A DNA stretch of 64,000 bases from the NCBI GenBank assembly GCA_050575255.1, contig JBNZDD010013729.1, positions 10,455,269-10,519,268 of the forward strand, written 5' to 3'. The notes beneath the pieces were generated by a model, which ran no database searches, was not told the DNA's origin, and was given only the letters and a program-made list of their open reading frames with translations. Source of the DNA: Harriotta raleighana. Taxonomy: Eukaryota. Within the stretch, counting starts at the first letter, position 1. Each line of letters opens with the position of its first letter. Below are positions 62,620-64,000 of this stretch, one piece after another. The position numbers were made by a program, and so were the translations under genes.

Positions 62620-63078
62620 TAATAATAATAATTCTTGCATTTGATGTAGCGCTTTTCACATCTTCTAGACGTCTGAAAGCGCTTCACAGAATATACAGTA
62701 AAGTGAACAATTGTGCCAAGCAGTGTCCCACAAACAGCGGGAATGACAAATTAATGCATTGAAATGACAAATTAATTATTGTTGTTTTTTTTTGAGGGAT
62801 TATTATTAGGCTTGTGGAGTAAAGAAACTCCCCCAAGGTTTTGGCCTGCCTGGAATTGAACCCGCTTGTAAGTGCTCTAACTACTGAGCTGCAGGACTCC
62901 ACAATAATAATAATGAGAATAATCTTTGCATATGATATACAGTAGCGCCTTATCAGGTCCTTGGAGCATCTCAAAGCGCTTCACAGAATATGCTGTAAAG
63001 TGAACTAACTGTACACTTTTGGGGGAAAACTGCGGCAGCCAATTGCGCACAGCAGTGTCCCTACAAACAGTCGAGGAT
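62620..63078 (-). mobile_element. Two tandem minus-strand SINE copies
   Basis: Copies at about 62620-62902 and 62903-63078. Confidence 0.8.
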
Positions 63079-63890
63079 TGACTGGGTTCTGAAATAAACT
63101 GTATTGCAAGAGTTTGGAGAGCAATAAAAACAAAAGCACATTGCACACAACGCAAAACAGGATTCAAATAATCTTGTTGAAGCTGTTAACTGCAGGAGGC
63201 ATATTGAGATCTGAAAGAAGCTTAGAGATAAATCAGGAAAAAGGGTTTATAGATCATTAGGAAACTGGAAATGCGGTAAATAGATATTTTCACAAGCCTG
63301 AGAATTATTGGCCAGTAAACTTAATGTCCTTAATGAGAAAAACGCTGTGAAGGATTGGGTGGGATGTTGTCCACAGTCAAACCTGTTAAAGCGACATATA
63401 TTTGCCTCGTCGAACTGTACAAAGCTTTCTCTGGGGGAATGTTGATCGATAGTGCCTGTGGAAGCAGATGGTTGGTTGAAAGGCTATTTCTGTCGTATGT
63501 TTTGTTACAAGGCTCTCAAGAGTTAAACCTCAAGACGTGCATTTTCATTTATTCGCCTGCCTCACAATTGTCGGATTAACAGTGCTGTCGGCAGATACAG
63601 TATTAAGAAGGATCATGTTGTTTTCTACTAGCAGTTTAGAGTGGAGTACTGGAGCACTGCACTGTGATTTCAGAAATAAACAGCTGTTAATTGTAGTTTG
63701 TTTTTGTTCCTCTCAGAGTTAGAAAAGCACTAATGCATTTCGGGACAGCTTCACAGTTATAAACATCTGCATTGTTCATGTGTGTAGATGGATTTCGCCC
63801 ACGCAATACACAATCTTGTGTTTTACATAACACAGACTTGAAAGTATGTTCTGTGAAGCGCTTTGAGACGTTCTCCGAAGACATGAAGGC

Positions 63891-64000
63891 GTGGAGTCCT
63901 GTAGCTCAGTGGTTAGAGCACTAGCCTTACTAAACGTGAGACCTGTGTTCGAATCCAGGCAGGTCAGGGCGAAAGCTTGGACAAGGTTACTCCATACACC
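63891..64000 (+). mobile_element. tRNA-derived SINE head, cut by window end
   Basis: GTGGAGTCCTGTAGCTCAGTGGTTAGAGC..GTTCGAATCC. Confidence 0.85.

Larger units (their letters stand above)
46627..64000 (+). other. KCNAB1: KCNAB1 intron (no further coding exon recognised before window end)
   Basis: No MQVSIACTE (Kvbeta1.1) or NLGKSGLRVS core exon recognised; region is mostly SINE/LINE. Confidence 0.65.

Overview
Vertebrate genomic DNA, probably a cartilaginous fish (inferred from the repeat families; a holocephalan such as Callorhinchus is plausible but unverified). Three + strand genes. (1) An intact 6-exon V2R/OlfC-type family C GPCR (4462-11776, 876 aa) with an altered amino-acid-binding pocket. 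(2) An intact 6-exon V2R2/Vmn2r1/OlfCc1-type receptor (18956-26342, 913 aa). (3) The 5' end of KCNAB1, with two alternative first coding exons, Kvbeta1.3-type (40689-40939) and Kvbeta1.2-type (46385-46626); I found neither the Kvbeta1.1 exon nor the shared core exons in the window. The rest is dense with a tRNA-derived SINE (roughly 40 copies, a selection listed), L2 and CR1 3' fragments, one 688-bp Tigger/pogo-like MITE carrying a CpG-rich palindromic minisatellite, and a Penelope-type inverted repeat holding a hammerhead ribozyme core. Five single-N joins look like assembly artefacts. Repeat boundaries are approximate. I found no wholly new system; the best leads are the hammerhead, the divergent V2R pocket, a shifted splice acceptor and the KCNAB1 5' architecture.
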